Positions 11,441 through 24,100 of a stretch of 64,000 bases of DNA are shown one piece after another. Under the pieces are notes generated by a model. That model saw only the letters and a list, made by a program, of their open reading frames with translations, was not told where the DNA came from and did no database searches. How positions within the stretch are numbered: the stretch's first letter is position 1; every line of letters begins with the position of its first letter. Made by a program: the position numbers and the translations under genes. The DNA is from Octopus vulgaris (Eukaryota): positions 14,260,001 to 14,324,000 of the forward strand of contig OX597841.1 of assembly GCA_951406725.2 (NCBI GenBank). The letters are read 5' to 3'.

Positions 11441-14400
11441 GTATGTATAGAGAGCGAGAGAGAGGGGGAAGAGAGGGAGCATATACATCAGTCATCCATC
11501 CCCAACAAAGAATTCTGTTGATGGTATTTTGTTGTCAATGCTCACCCTGCCATGTTGTGGCCTTCATCTTGTTCACTGCTTCTGACATTCACAAAAACGG
11601 TAGTTCTCTCTTTTGATGTTTGAACTCAACAGACCTTGCTTTCATTGGTTACCACTTCTGGTCGTCATGAAGTCACATGACAGCTGCTTGTGCTGTTGAT
11701 GCAACTGGTAACCGATAGCAACTTACATCACATGACGCCATGATCATCATCGTTGTTCCAATGTCCATTTTTCCTGTGCTGGCATCGGTCAGTAAGAATT
11801 TGTCGAGGCTGTGGAATTACTGGAAGTAGTGTCTGGATGTAGAAGATGCACAGACGCCGTAGAGAATACGGGTACGCATGAAGTTGATTTTTCTCAGGTG
11901 CTCTGGAGGCTCTCCAAAGTTTAGTTTTCTTGTATTTGTCACTTGATCACGGCCATGCTGGAGCATCCCCTTAAATATGTGTATATATCCCCTTATATAT
12001 GTGTGTGTGTATATATAAATATATAGGCGCAGGAGTGGCTGTGTGGTAAGTAGCTTGCTAACCAACCACATGGTTCTGGGTTCAGTCCCACTGTGTGGCA
12101 TCTTGGGCAAGTGTCTTCTGCTATAGCCCCGGGCCGACCAATGCCTTGTGAGTGGATTTGGTAGACGGAATCTGAAAGCCTGTCGGATATATGTATATAT
12201 ATATATTTGTATGTGTGTGTATGTGTTTGTGTGTCTGTGTTTGTCCCCCTAGCATTGCTTGACAACCGATGCTGGTGTGTTTACGCCCCCGTCACTTAGC
12301 GGTTCGGCAAAAAGAGACCGATAGAATAAGTACTGGGCTTACAAAAGAATAAGTCCCGGGGTTGAGTTGTTCGATTAAAGGCAGTGCTCCAGCATGGCCG
12401 CAGTCAAATGACTGAAACAAGTAAAAGAGTAAAAGAGAGAGTATCCCCTTATATATGTGTATATATATATATATATTCGTAAAAAAAGAAGTTCGAAAAT
12501 GCTGCTATATTATACAATTTTTAATTTTTATATATACATTATAACATGTTTCAGTTCCTGAAATGAACCTTATCAAAAAGAGTTATATATAAAAAAAGAC
12601 AGCTAATGCCGTCAAATACAAGAAATTCATTTATAATACTCAACGGAGTCAGACATTTTAAAGTTTTGATATAGTTTGAAGTATGTTCATTCATACTATA
12701 TGTTCAAAGTGTTCGATGCAGTGGCCCACGGTGGCGATACGTATTCAATACAAAAAACAGATCAAAGTGGTGGAAAGCAGTCAATACAGAGGATTGGTGT
12801 TCCCGAAAGAGCGAAAAATTCATTTTTACCTTAAGCAATTGTGGTGACCCATGGTGGTTGTTGTTCGCTGGGTTATATATATATATATACTACTGCTGTT
12901 GCTGCTGCTACTACTACTACTACCCTTCCAATTGCCTTACCCTCCAAGATGCACGGGTTCAATCCCGTCCAAGCGCAGCCCTTTTATTTGTTTTCCCTTT
13001 TTTTTCCTTTCCGTGTCGTGCAGGTTCTTCTCAAAACCACAGTCGGAGACATTGATATAGAATTATGGTCAAAGGAAACTCCGAAGGCGTCCAGGAACTT
13101 CATCCAGTTGTGTCTGGAAGGTTATTACGATGGCACCATCTTCCATCGTGTCATACCCAACTTTATTGCTCAGGGTGGCGACCCCGAAGGAACAGGTGAA
13201 GGCGGCGAGTCCATATATGGCTATCCATTCAAGGTCAGTCTCAAATATTGCCCTTATCACTTTTTCTCTCTCTCTCTCTCACACTTTCTCTTTCTCTCTC
13301 TCTCTCTCACTTTCTCTTTCTCTCTCTCTCTCTCTCACTTTCTCTTTCTCTCTCTCTCTCTCACTTTCTCTTTCTCTTTCTCTGTTTCTCTCTCTCTCTC
13401 TCACTTTCTCTCTCTCTTTCTCTGTTTCTCTCTCTCTCTCTCACTTTCTCTTTCTTCCTCTCTCTCTCACTTTCTCTTTCTCTTCCTCTCTCTCACACTT
13501 TCTCTCTTTTTCGTTCTCTCTCTCTCTCTCTTTGTCTCCACCTTCTACCTCCTCTCTCTCCCTCCCGACTTTTTAACACTCTTCTTCCTCTTTCATTTTT
13601 TTCTCCCCTCACCTTCTATCACTTTCTCTCTCTCTCCCCCTTAACATGTCTCCCTCTCTCCGCTCTCCTTCCTTTTCTCTCCCCACCACTCTGTCACTTC
13701 TCTTTCTTTATCTCTCTCTCTCTCTCTCTCCATTATTCAACAGGATGAATTCCATTCCCGGCTGCGGTTCGTCCGCCGTGGTCTGGTTGCCATGGCAAAT
13801 GCAGGACCCAGTGACAATGGAAGTCAGTTTTTCTTCACGCTCGGCTCCACCCCAGAGCTTGCCCAGAAACACAGCATATTCGGCAAGGTAAGGTACCCTC
13901 CTTTTGTTGTTGTTGTTTAGTCTCGTCTCAGCTCATAAAACATTTATTCACCACATTTGCACCTTTGACAGGAAATTACCATCTCTTAAAATTCATGCTC
14001 AGCCATAATTACATTAGTCTCTGACCACCGTCCATCTGGTTGTTGGTAATATGTACCAGATCAACGTGTCACACCTGCATTCCACCTGACTGTCAGTATG
14101 AGGGTGGACTGGAAAGTCCACAGGGTGGCTATGAAGGAGTGATGCCAGAGCTGTTAAGTCTTGCATGCATTAATTTCAACTCTCCTTATTATGATGTATT
14201 ATGTCATCATCATCATCATCATCATTTAGCGTCCGTTTTCCATGCTTGCACGGGTTGGACGGTTCAATTGGAGTCTAGGAAGCCAGAAGGCTGCACCAGG
14301 CCCAGTCTGATCTGGCAGGGTTTCTACAGCTGGATGCCCTTCCTAACGCCAACCACTCCGTGAGTGTAGTGGGTGCTTTTTACGTGCCACCGGCACAGGT

Positions 14401-15564
14401 GCCAGACGAGGCTGGCAAACGGCCACGATCGGATGGTGCTTTTTATGTGCCATGGGCACGGAGGCCAGACGAAGCTGGCAACGGCCACGGTCGGATGGTC
14501 CAGTATTTTAAATCCAGATTTGTCCCCATTAATGGGGTTGGCTGGATCTACTTCACTCTTGCAGCAACCACTCTCACGCCATCTCACCATCTCGTCCAGT
14601 ATTAGGCGTCCCACCCACTCAAGCCAACCCTCCCAATCTCCTTCTCCACCTATCCCCTCCATGTTTTCTTCGGTCAACTTCACTTTCACGGTTCATTCAC
14701 TTTAAATCCAAGCACTCTCCTCAGAACATGATCCTCAACACATGTCCATACCACTGTACCCCATTCACCCTTTCCAGCTGTTCCACTGATTCCTCCAACC
14801 CCAGCATCCCCATCAAGTCCTCAGCCCTCCTTTTATCTTATAGTTTCACATCACATATTGTCCTCACCATTGCTCTCTTGGTCCTTCTCAAAATTGCCAT
14901 TTCACTTTCCCTCGGACACCATGTCTTACTCCCATACGGCATTGCAGATCTCACAGTGGGGTCTATGTTGGAAAATAAACCTCATTTGGTCAGATTCCAT
15001 GACAGTATCTTGGTCAACCTATGAGCTTTTCACCTGGCCTTTGTAGTTACCAGACCAATGTGATTTGCTCTCTGACCACAGTCCAGTAATTGTCTCGGTT
15101 AACAACTGACCCCCTGCACGCACAGACATTAGAAGTTCTCACCCAAAATCATCAGACAGACAAGCAAAACCTGATCTTTAGTCACATGTGTCGTATGATT
15201 TATAAGTCATTTATCTGATTGATGTGAATGTTTTGTGTCTGTTCAGGTGACCGGTAATACAATATACAACATGTTGAAGCTACAAGAAGTCAGTATCGGA
15301 CCAAATGACCGACCCTACTGTCCACCAAAGATCACATCAACTGAAGTAAGTATATTTTGTTGTTGTTGTTGTAGCAATAATAATAATAAATCCTTTGTAC
15401 TATCTTAGGCACAAGGTGTGAAATTTGGCGGGAGGGGACTAGTAGATTATATCGACCCCAGTATTTCACTGGTACTTAATTTATCGACCCAGAAAGGATG
15501 AAAGGCAAAGTTGACATTGGCGGAATTTGAACTCAGAATGTAGTGACAAGTGAACTACCACTAA

Positions 15565-15616
<52 letters not shown>

Positions 15617-18600
15617 CTTGCAAACAACTTGCACATGCAAGTGCTACCAGTCAAAAACTCCGTATACCGGAAGCCAGCAAGTGTATGGGGCCATCAGGAG
15701 AGAATGCGCGCCGTTTTGGGGCCTACCTCATGACGGCATCAATGCGCACCAACCCCCTCACTGATATGAGGCCTCACTTGCTAGATCAACTGGTTATCAA
15801 ATAAAGCTCAATATCCTTCTAGCCATCGCTCATCGTCTCTTTTTAACCAAATCCAGTGACTAGCCTTCCCCACTGTAGATTGGATATCGGTCATGGTGGT
15901 ATTGACTTTACAATGAGTTAAGCCTAACGATAACAACAGTCGTCTCACACTGAGTCCAACGAACCCTCTACATCTGACTTCAATTGGAAAATGTTCCGCT
16001 TTCCAGCCTGCGTCTTCACATTCCTCCAGGAGGTTTACATAACGGTCAATCTTTCAAGTCCGGGCAGCATCCATGTTATCTTCATGAGGAACCATTAATT
16101 CGACTAGATTCACGACTTTCTTTCCTGCACACCACATTAAGATGTCCGTTTTTTTCATAACTGGGATGTGAAAGAGTCCCTGGCACCCTGGTAAATCTGC
16201 AGTCACCTCCCAATAGCCGTTCCACTTTTCATCTCTCACAGGAAGTTTCTTGATCTTCTTCTTGAAACGGATCCGCTGACCTGGTCTCACGAAGGTAACG
16301 AAATCTCTAGATGGTACTTTTAACGGTTTTTCCTCAGTGTTGTTGAGATGAATTTGGTTCTTTATAGCATTGAAGATAACCTTAAGGACCAAGTTGTGTC
16401 TCCATGTACACCTGTTCAATGCTAATGAACAGTTGGAAAGAATATGTTTCAGTGTGCCGACCCCTTCACATTTGCAGATGTCATTCTCTAAGACGTTCCA
16501 TCTTACTAGATTCGTAGGTGATGGCAAAACATCATAAGATGAACGAATCAGGAAACTCAGCCGAGATGTCGTCCACTTCCATATCGCATCCCAACTTATC
16601 TTCCTCTCAACAATGTGTGTGTATATGTTTGTGTGTCTGTGTTTGTCACCCCAACATCACTTGACAACCGACGCTGGTGTGTTTACGTCCCCCGTAACTT
16701 AGTGGTTCGGCAAAAGAGATCAATAGAGTAAGTACTAGGCTTACAAAGAATAAGTCCTGGGGTCGATTTGCTCGACTAAAAAGGCGGTGCTCCAGCATGG
16801 CCACGGTCAAATGACTGAAACAAGTAAAAGAGTAAAGAGTAAGCCTCTTAAATACCAGACATCTTGACTGTGGAAAACGAAAGTTAAGATTTCAGGTGAG
16901 AACAAGGTAAGTCTTAGTTTCCAGGTGAGAACAAGGTAAGTCTTATTACCTGTTGGCCCAATGCCTGCAGTTCTTACTTTGTTGACCCTTGCTGTTGTTA
17001 CCCCAGGTATTATCGAACCCGTTTGATGACATTGTCCCCAGGCAGTTGAAGCGACCGAAGAAGGAGAAGACGGAGGAGAAGAAGAACAAAAGTCAATCAA
17101 AGGCAACCAAGTAAGTGGCAGGCAGCAGCCCGTAGCTTTCTTCAGCAGTTTGTACTATTGTTGTTGTTGTTGTTGTTTGGCTCTGGATCAGTCCTGAGCC
17201 TGAAGGTCTGCGACCAAAGATGTTTAACCCTTTAGCATTTAAACTGGCCGTATCCGGCCAAAAGTATTCTGCCTGTTTTATGTGCAAACTGGCCAGATCT
17301 GGTCTCTCACACCTACCCTACAATATCGTTTTAAAAATTAACAGCTTCCTCATCAAAATCTCATAGCTACAAGATAAAGCAAAATTAGTTCAAAACAATG
17401 GATAAAAAAGGATTAATTTTGGTAGAATAATGCGTAGACTAAAGGGTTAATCTCTGCCATGATGGTCCTATTTTTGAAATATAGAACACACACACACACA
17501 TTCCCAATTCTCTCTCATCATTGATACATCTATCTTGACACACACATATGATGTAGGTACAACATGTTCTTTGTCTATCTCTTTAATTTCTTGGAGATTT
17601 TAGGTATAATTATACTAATGTGTCCATCTGTTCTAATTTAATTAAATTCTATGTCTTTGTGCTGCTGAAGATTGCTCTACATTTTAATTTGTTGTAATGA
17701 TTGCATTATTCAATTAAATGGAGTCGCATGAAAACGATCGTACTGTATTACCTCTGGATATCCTTGTTGCTTATTTTGATATATATGTGTACATGTATAT
17801 ATATGTGTACATGTATATATATGTGTGTGTGTGTGTGTATAGGTATGCATGTATATATATTTATATGCCTGTATGTATGTAGTGAAGGTGCATGGCTCAG
17901 TGGTTAGAGCGTCGGACTCACAATCATGAAGTAATGAGTTCAAATCCCAGTCCAGGCTGCATATCGTGTTCTTAAACAAGACACTTTATTTCACATTGCT
18001 CCAATTCACTCAGCTGTAGAAATGAGTTGCAATGTCAAAGGTGCCAAGCTGTATGGGCCCCTTTAACTTTCCCTTGGAAAACATCATTGGTGAGGAGAGG
18101 GGAAGCTGGTATTCAGTCCCACTGTGGCACCTTGGGCAAGTGGATTTGGTAGACGGAAACTGAAAGAAGCCTGTCATATATATGTACATATATATATATG
18201 TACTGGAGCCTGGTGCAGCCTTCTGGCTTCCCTGATCCCCGGTCGTACCGTCCAACCCATGCTAGCATGGAGAACGGACGTTAAATGATGATGATGATGA
18301 TGATGATATATATATATATGTATTTGTGTGTCTGTGTTTGTCCCCCAAACATCGCTTGACAACCGATGCTGGTGTATTTACGTCCCTGTAACTTAGCAGT
18401 TCGGCCAAAGAGACTGATAGAATATGTACTGGGCTTACAAAGAATAAGTCCTGGGGTTGATTTGCTTGACTAAAAGGCAGTGCTCCAGCATGGCCACAGT
18501 CAAGTGAGTGAAACAAGTAAGAGCGAATAAAAGAATTTAACTTCTGTTGTTCATCCTGGGTTGGATGGTTTGACCAGAGCTGGAGAGCTGTGCCAGGCTC

Positions 18601-21087
18601 CAATGGTCAGTTTTGCCATGGTTTCTACAGCTGGATGGCCTTCCTCGTGTCAACCATTTCTATAAAAACGTCCTGATGAAAGACAAAAACTGTTACTTTA
18701 CTTGGAAAATGGTAAAAATTGGTGGCAGGGAGGCCATCCAGTCATAGAAACCTGTTTTAGTAATTCCCTTCCGATCCATGCAACCATGGAAAAGCAGATG
18801 TTAAAACAGTGGTGGTTGTGCAATGACATTTTAAAATCCATAATTTCTTTGCAGAAATTTCAACCTTTTGTCGTTCGGAGAGGAGGCTGAAGAGGATGAA
18901 GTCGAAGTGAACAAAGCTACAAAGGTAAGCTGTGGAATACAGTGAAAGAGAGACAATCCATGACATGGTGGGCATAATGATGATGATGATAATTTTTTTC
19001 CCTCTTATTTCTTTTGCTTTCTTTTTACTGGGCAGCCAGAGACAATATGGCTTTTTGTTTCTTTTCCATCTCCACATATTCTGCACTGACTTATTCTCTT
19101 TCTTTTTATTACATGTTTTTGGTGATTTCTAGTGCCGCCTCGACTGGCTCCTGTGCCGGTGGCACATAAAAAGCACCATCCGAACGTGGCCAATGCCAGC
19201 ACCGCCTTGACTGGCTTCCGTGCCGGTGGCACGTTAAAGCACCAACCGATCGTGGCTGATGCCAAACTCCCCTGGCACGTAAAAAACACCCACTACACTT
19301 ACGTAGTGGTTGGCGTTAGGAAGGACATCCAGCTGTAGAAACACTGCCAGATCAGACTGGAGCCTGGTGCAGCCCCTGGCTTCCCAGACCCCAGTCGAAC
19401 TGTCCAACCCATGCTAGCGCAGAAAACAGACGTTAAACGATGATGATGATGATTAGTGTCTTCTTTCAATTCTGATTCCATTTCTTGCCGAGTGTCTTCC
19501 TGACACCTAGGGCAGAGAAACATACTCTATACATTGGTAGGCCATTAAAACAAGCACGCCAGATTGTTTGTTTACAGAGTCATGTGACAGAGGAAAAAGG
19601 GGAAAAAAAAAAATAGAAAAGTAAACAAATAAAATAAAAGTAAACAAACAGGTGCAGGAGTGGCTGTGTGGTAAGTAGCTTGCTTACCAACCACATGGCT
19701 CCGGGTTCAGTCCCACTGCGTGGCACCTTGGGCAAGTGTCTTCTGCTATAGCCCCAGGCCGACCAATGCCTTGTGAGTGGATTTGGTAGACAGAAACTGA
19801 AAGAAGCCCGTCGTATATATGTATATATATATGTGTGTGTGTGTTTGTGTGTCTGTGTTTGTCCCCGCTAGCATTGCTTGACAACCGATGCTGGTGTGTT
19901 TACGTCCCCGTCACTTAGCGGTTCGGCAAAAAGAGACCGATAGAATAAGTACTGGGCTTACAAAGAATAAGTCCCGGGGTCGAGTTGCTCGACTAAAAGT
20001 GGTGCTCCAGCATGGCCGCAGTCAAATGACTGAAACAAGTAAAAGAGTAAAAGAGTAAGTAAAATAAAGGGAGGAAAAAAGGAAAGAAAATTTATATAAA
20101 TAAATTTATTATCATTATTATTGTTATTATTATTATTATTATCATTGTTGTTATTATTATTATTATTATTATTTTGTGCAGGACATGCGTGGGAAAAGTA
20201 AAAGTAGTCACGACCTAACCGACGATCCAAAACTGAGCGCCACTCCAGCCATTGACCATGAAGAAGAAACACAGGAGAATGAGGATGCTCCGAAGAGTAA
20301 CGTATGTATATTCTTGCATGTGTATACGGATATATATATACATCCCTCTCTCTCTCTCTCGGAGAGGCACTGAGCAGCTACACACAGACACACACGGCAG
20401 TAACTTCCACCTACCTAACACACACACACACACACTTAGCCACATATATGCTTTGTCTCATACACACACACACACATGCACTCCGAGACACACACATACA
20501 ATTACATACATGCATACAGCCACACACACAAATACACACATTCTCACACACACACTTAATCATGTATATACTTTATCTTACATACACTCCAACACACACA
20601 CACATACAACTACATACACACACACACACACATTATACCAAGTACATGTGCACAGGCCTACTCACAACCACACACACACACACATACACACATGCACTCC
20701 AACACACACACATGCAATTACATACAGTCACACACAAACACACACATACAATTACATACATGCATACAGCCACACACACGCTCAACCACATATATGCTTT
20801 ATCTTACATACACTCCAACACAGACACACACATGCATACAGCTACACACATACAGACACAAACACACATGCAGGCGACCACACACACACACACATACATG
20901 CTACCACACACATACACACTGCTACACACACAGTATACCATGTACATGTACCCAGGCATACACAACCACACATACACACATACACTCCAACACACACACA
21001 ACTACATGCAGGCTACCACACACACACATACATGCTACCACACACACACGCAGAGTATACCATGTACATGTGCACAGGCCTACACAA

Positions 21088-21121
<34 letters not shown>

Positions 21122-24100
21122 CCTCAGATGTACACACACTGTACTCTCTGCTCACCCACTCACTTACCCACCTGCTAACCCTGCTGGCCCCTATTCTCTG
21201 TACTTGCAGTCAGCCAGTGATGGGGAAAGTGGAGAAGAGAGGATGTTAGACGAACCGGTGGCCAAGAAGAGCAAACCGACCCCTAAAGATGGGGATGGTG
21301 GTGACGATGAGGGGCTGGAGGAGGAAAGAACACCACAGCGGCCCCTGAAACCCTTGAAGGACTCTAATGTTGTTGACAGTAAGAAGGGAACCCCGGAGAA
21401 GAAACTGACTAGAAGGTACAGTTTTAGAACCCCCACTTTTTTGTTTTATGTGTGAAAGGGATAAAGATCAATTTGTTGCTGATAATAAACACTTATTAAC
21501 CTCGAAATCTCCACAATCTTCTTTTTCCATTGCAAATCTTTATATATAAAAGTCAAGTTGTGTGTCTGTCTCCTACGATTTAGATTCCTAACTACTCCCA
21601 CATTTTGCGGTGCAGTTTAACCAAGAGCGGTTATCTTATAGTCGTGATTCATATCGAGCCCTTCTGGGTATTAGCGCGCGTCTACAATGAGTCTACGTTT
21701 TTAAAAAAAATTTACCATGATTTTTCCGCATTTTTAATGCATTTTTGCTCGGTTTATATAAGGGACGTAACTCTCTAAAAATGCTTATATAGTTATTTCC
21801 CTTACAAACCCGGGCGATACTGCTAGTAAATAAATAAATAAATAAATGTAGTTTCCATTTATTAATAGCATCAGTCCTAATAGTTTTTGATCAGACCTTG
21901 TAAACACATACACACACGTGTTCTAAATTGTTTTTAAAGCGAAAGTGAAAGTAGAAAATATAATCTTATTCGTGTGTACTTTTTGTTGTTTCCACAGTGA
22001 AGAGCTTCATTTAGAATCTGAGAAACTGAAGAAGGAAATCCGTGAGATGAAATACCCCAAGGCAGTCAATGCCATGGAAGAGAAAGGTGAGAAGGGTGAC
22101 ATCTTTAATTGTAAATGGGTATCTGTTGTTAGAGCCAGTTCACCTGTAATGGTCGATTTTTCTAAGACATGATGTAATCACAGCAATTGGATTTCATGCT
22201 GAGGAGAGTTAAATGTGATTTGAGGGAGGTTTGGCTGTTAATGATATCTAGATACCTTGAAGAGCAGGGTTTCCCAACCAGGGGCTCTGAGATAGCATTC
22301 CAGAGGATGCGAGCAGAGTCGGATTTATAGAGGGTCAAAGAGGGCACTTGCCCCGGGCACCTTTATTCTTATATAAATTATTACTTTAAGGGATGCAAGA
22401 GCATATTAAAGATTTTTAGTGGTGCGGGGCAGAAAAAGGGTCGGGAACCACTATTGTAGAGGTTCACTTTCTTGGTTCATCCATTAGTGTGTGTCTATAT
22501 ATATACACATACACACACACAGAGTATAGTGCAAAAACCTGGTGTAATGTAAAAGCTCACCTTTGCTGCAGGTGAGCTTTTACAATGCATTACTACATGT
22601 GTTTCGGCATAACATGTATTTTTATGGGGTCACCTCATGTATTTATGTATTATACTCTTTTAATCTTTTACTTGTTTCAGTCATTTGACTGCGGCCATGC
22701 TGGAGCACCGCCTTTAGTCGAGCAACTTGACCCCGGGACTTATTCTTTGTAAGCCCAGTACTTATTCTATCGGTCTCTTTTGCCGAACCGCTAAGTGATG
22801 GGGACGTAAACACACCAGCATCGGTTGTCAAGCAATGCTAGGGGGACAAACACACACACATATATATACATATATACGACAGGCTTCTTTCAGTTTCCGT
22901 CTACCAGATCCACTCACAAGCCATCGGTCGGCCCGGGGCTATAGCAGAAGACACTTGCCCAAGATGCCACACAGTGGGACTGAACCCGGAACCATGTGGT
23001 TGGTAAGCAAGCTACTTACCACACAGCCACTCCTGCGCCTATTAAATTTTATATGCATAAATACATGCACAAACACATAATGTTTTTGTGTCATCATCAT
23101 CATCATCATCATCGTTTAGCGTCCATTTTCCATGCTAGCATGGGTTGGACGGTTCAGCTGGGGTCTGGGAATCCAGAAGGCTGCACCAGGCTCCGATCTG
23201 ATCTGGCAATGTTTCTACGGCTGGATGCCCTTCCTAACGCCAACCACTCCGTGAGTGTAGTGGGTGCTTTTTACGTGCCACGGGCACAGGTGCCAGACGA
23301 GGCTGGCAAACGGCCACGATCGGACGGTGCTTTTTACGTGCCACCGGCACGAGGCCAGTCGGGGCGGCGCTGGCAACGGCCACGTTCGGATGGTTCTCTC
23401 ACGTGCCACCGGCACTTGTATCACAGCTGCAATTTCCATTGATGTTGATCGATTTCGATTCTCACTTGCCTCAACAGGTCTTCACAAGTAGAGTTTTGTG
23501 TCCCAAGAAGGACTGGCTACATCCCAGGTAGAGGCCATGGGTTATGGCCTCACTTGTCCTGCCGGGTCTTCTCACGCACAGCATACTTTCCAATGGTCTC
23601 GGTCTCTAGTCATTTCCTCAGTGTATGGTATATATATACACACTTGTCTGCTCTTCCCCTGTCCCTTGTCTGCTTTTTCTCTCCTCCCTTACTCCTTGCT
23701 CTCTCATTTCCTCACTCTCTCTCTCTCTCTCTCTGTCACAGAACACACTGACCCAGGAACAAAGAGTGAAGTCGTCGCAGAGTTCCGCAAAGAACGGGAG
23801 AAATACAAAGAGCTGAAATACCAACAAGGCAAGAACGGGCCCAACCGGGAAGAAATCACGCTTGACTTGCTGTCCAAGTTCCAGAATCGGCTCCGTGCGG
23901 CCCAGAAGATCGGCGGCGATTATTCCGATGATGACGAGACGGAGAGCAAAGATGACCCCATCAAGGATGACACGAAGCCTGATGATGACACAGACGACAT
24001 CAATGATATGTCTTGGTGAGTAGCTGTTGTTGTTTAGCCCCAGGTCAGCCCTGATCCAGTAGACAGTCCTGATCGAAATTGTTCCAGTTGTGACCATCAC

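Noticed and set aside
12540-12580. Hammerhead-like motifs at 12540, 15149, 17665, 18672, 55595
   Set aside because: Core or stems too degenerate to call.
20252-21178. Long His/Thr, Tyr/Ile, Cys/Val and Leu/Ser ORFs (also 29461-31270, 39621-40465, 59089-62221)
   Set aside because: Translations of (CA)n, (TA)n, (CT)n and (GATA)n microsatellites, open in several frames, with no splice support.
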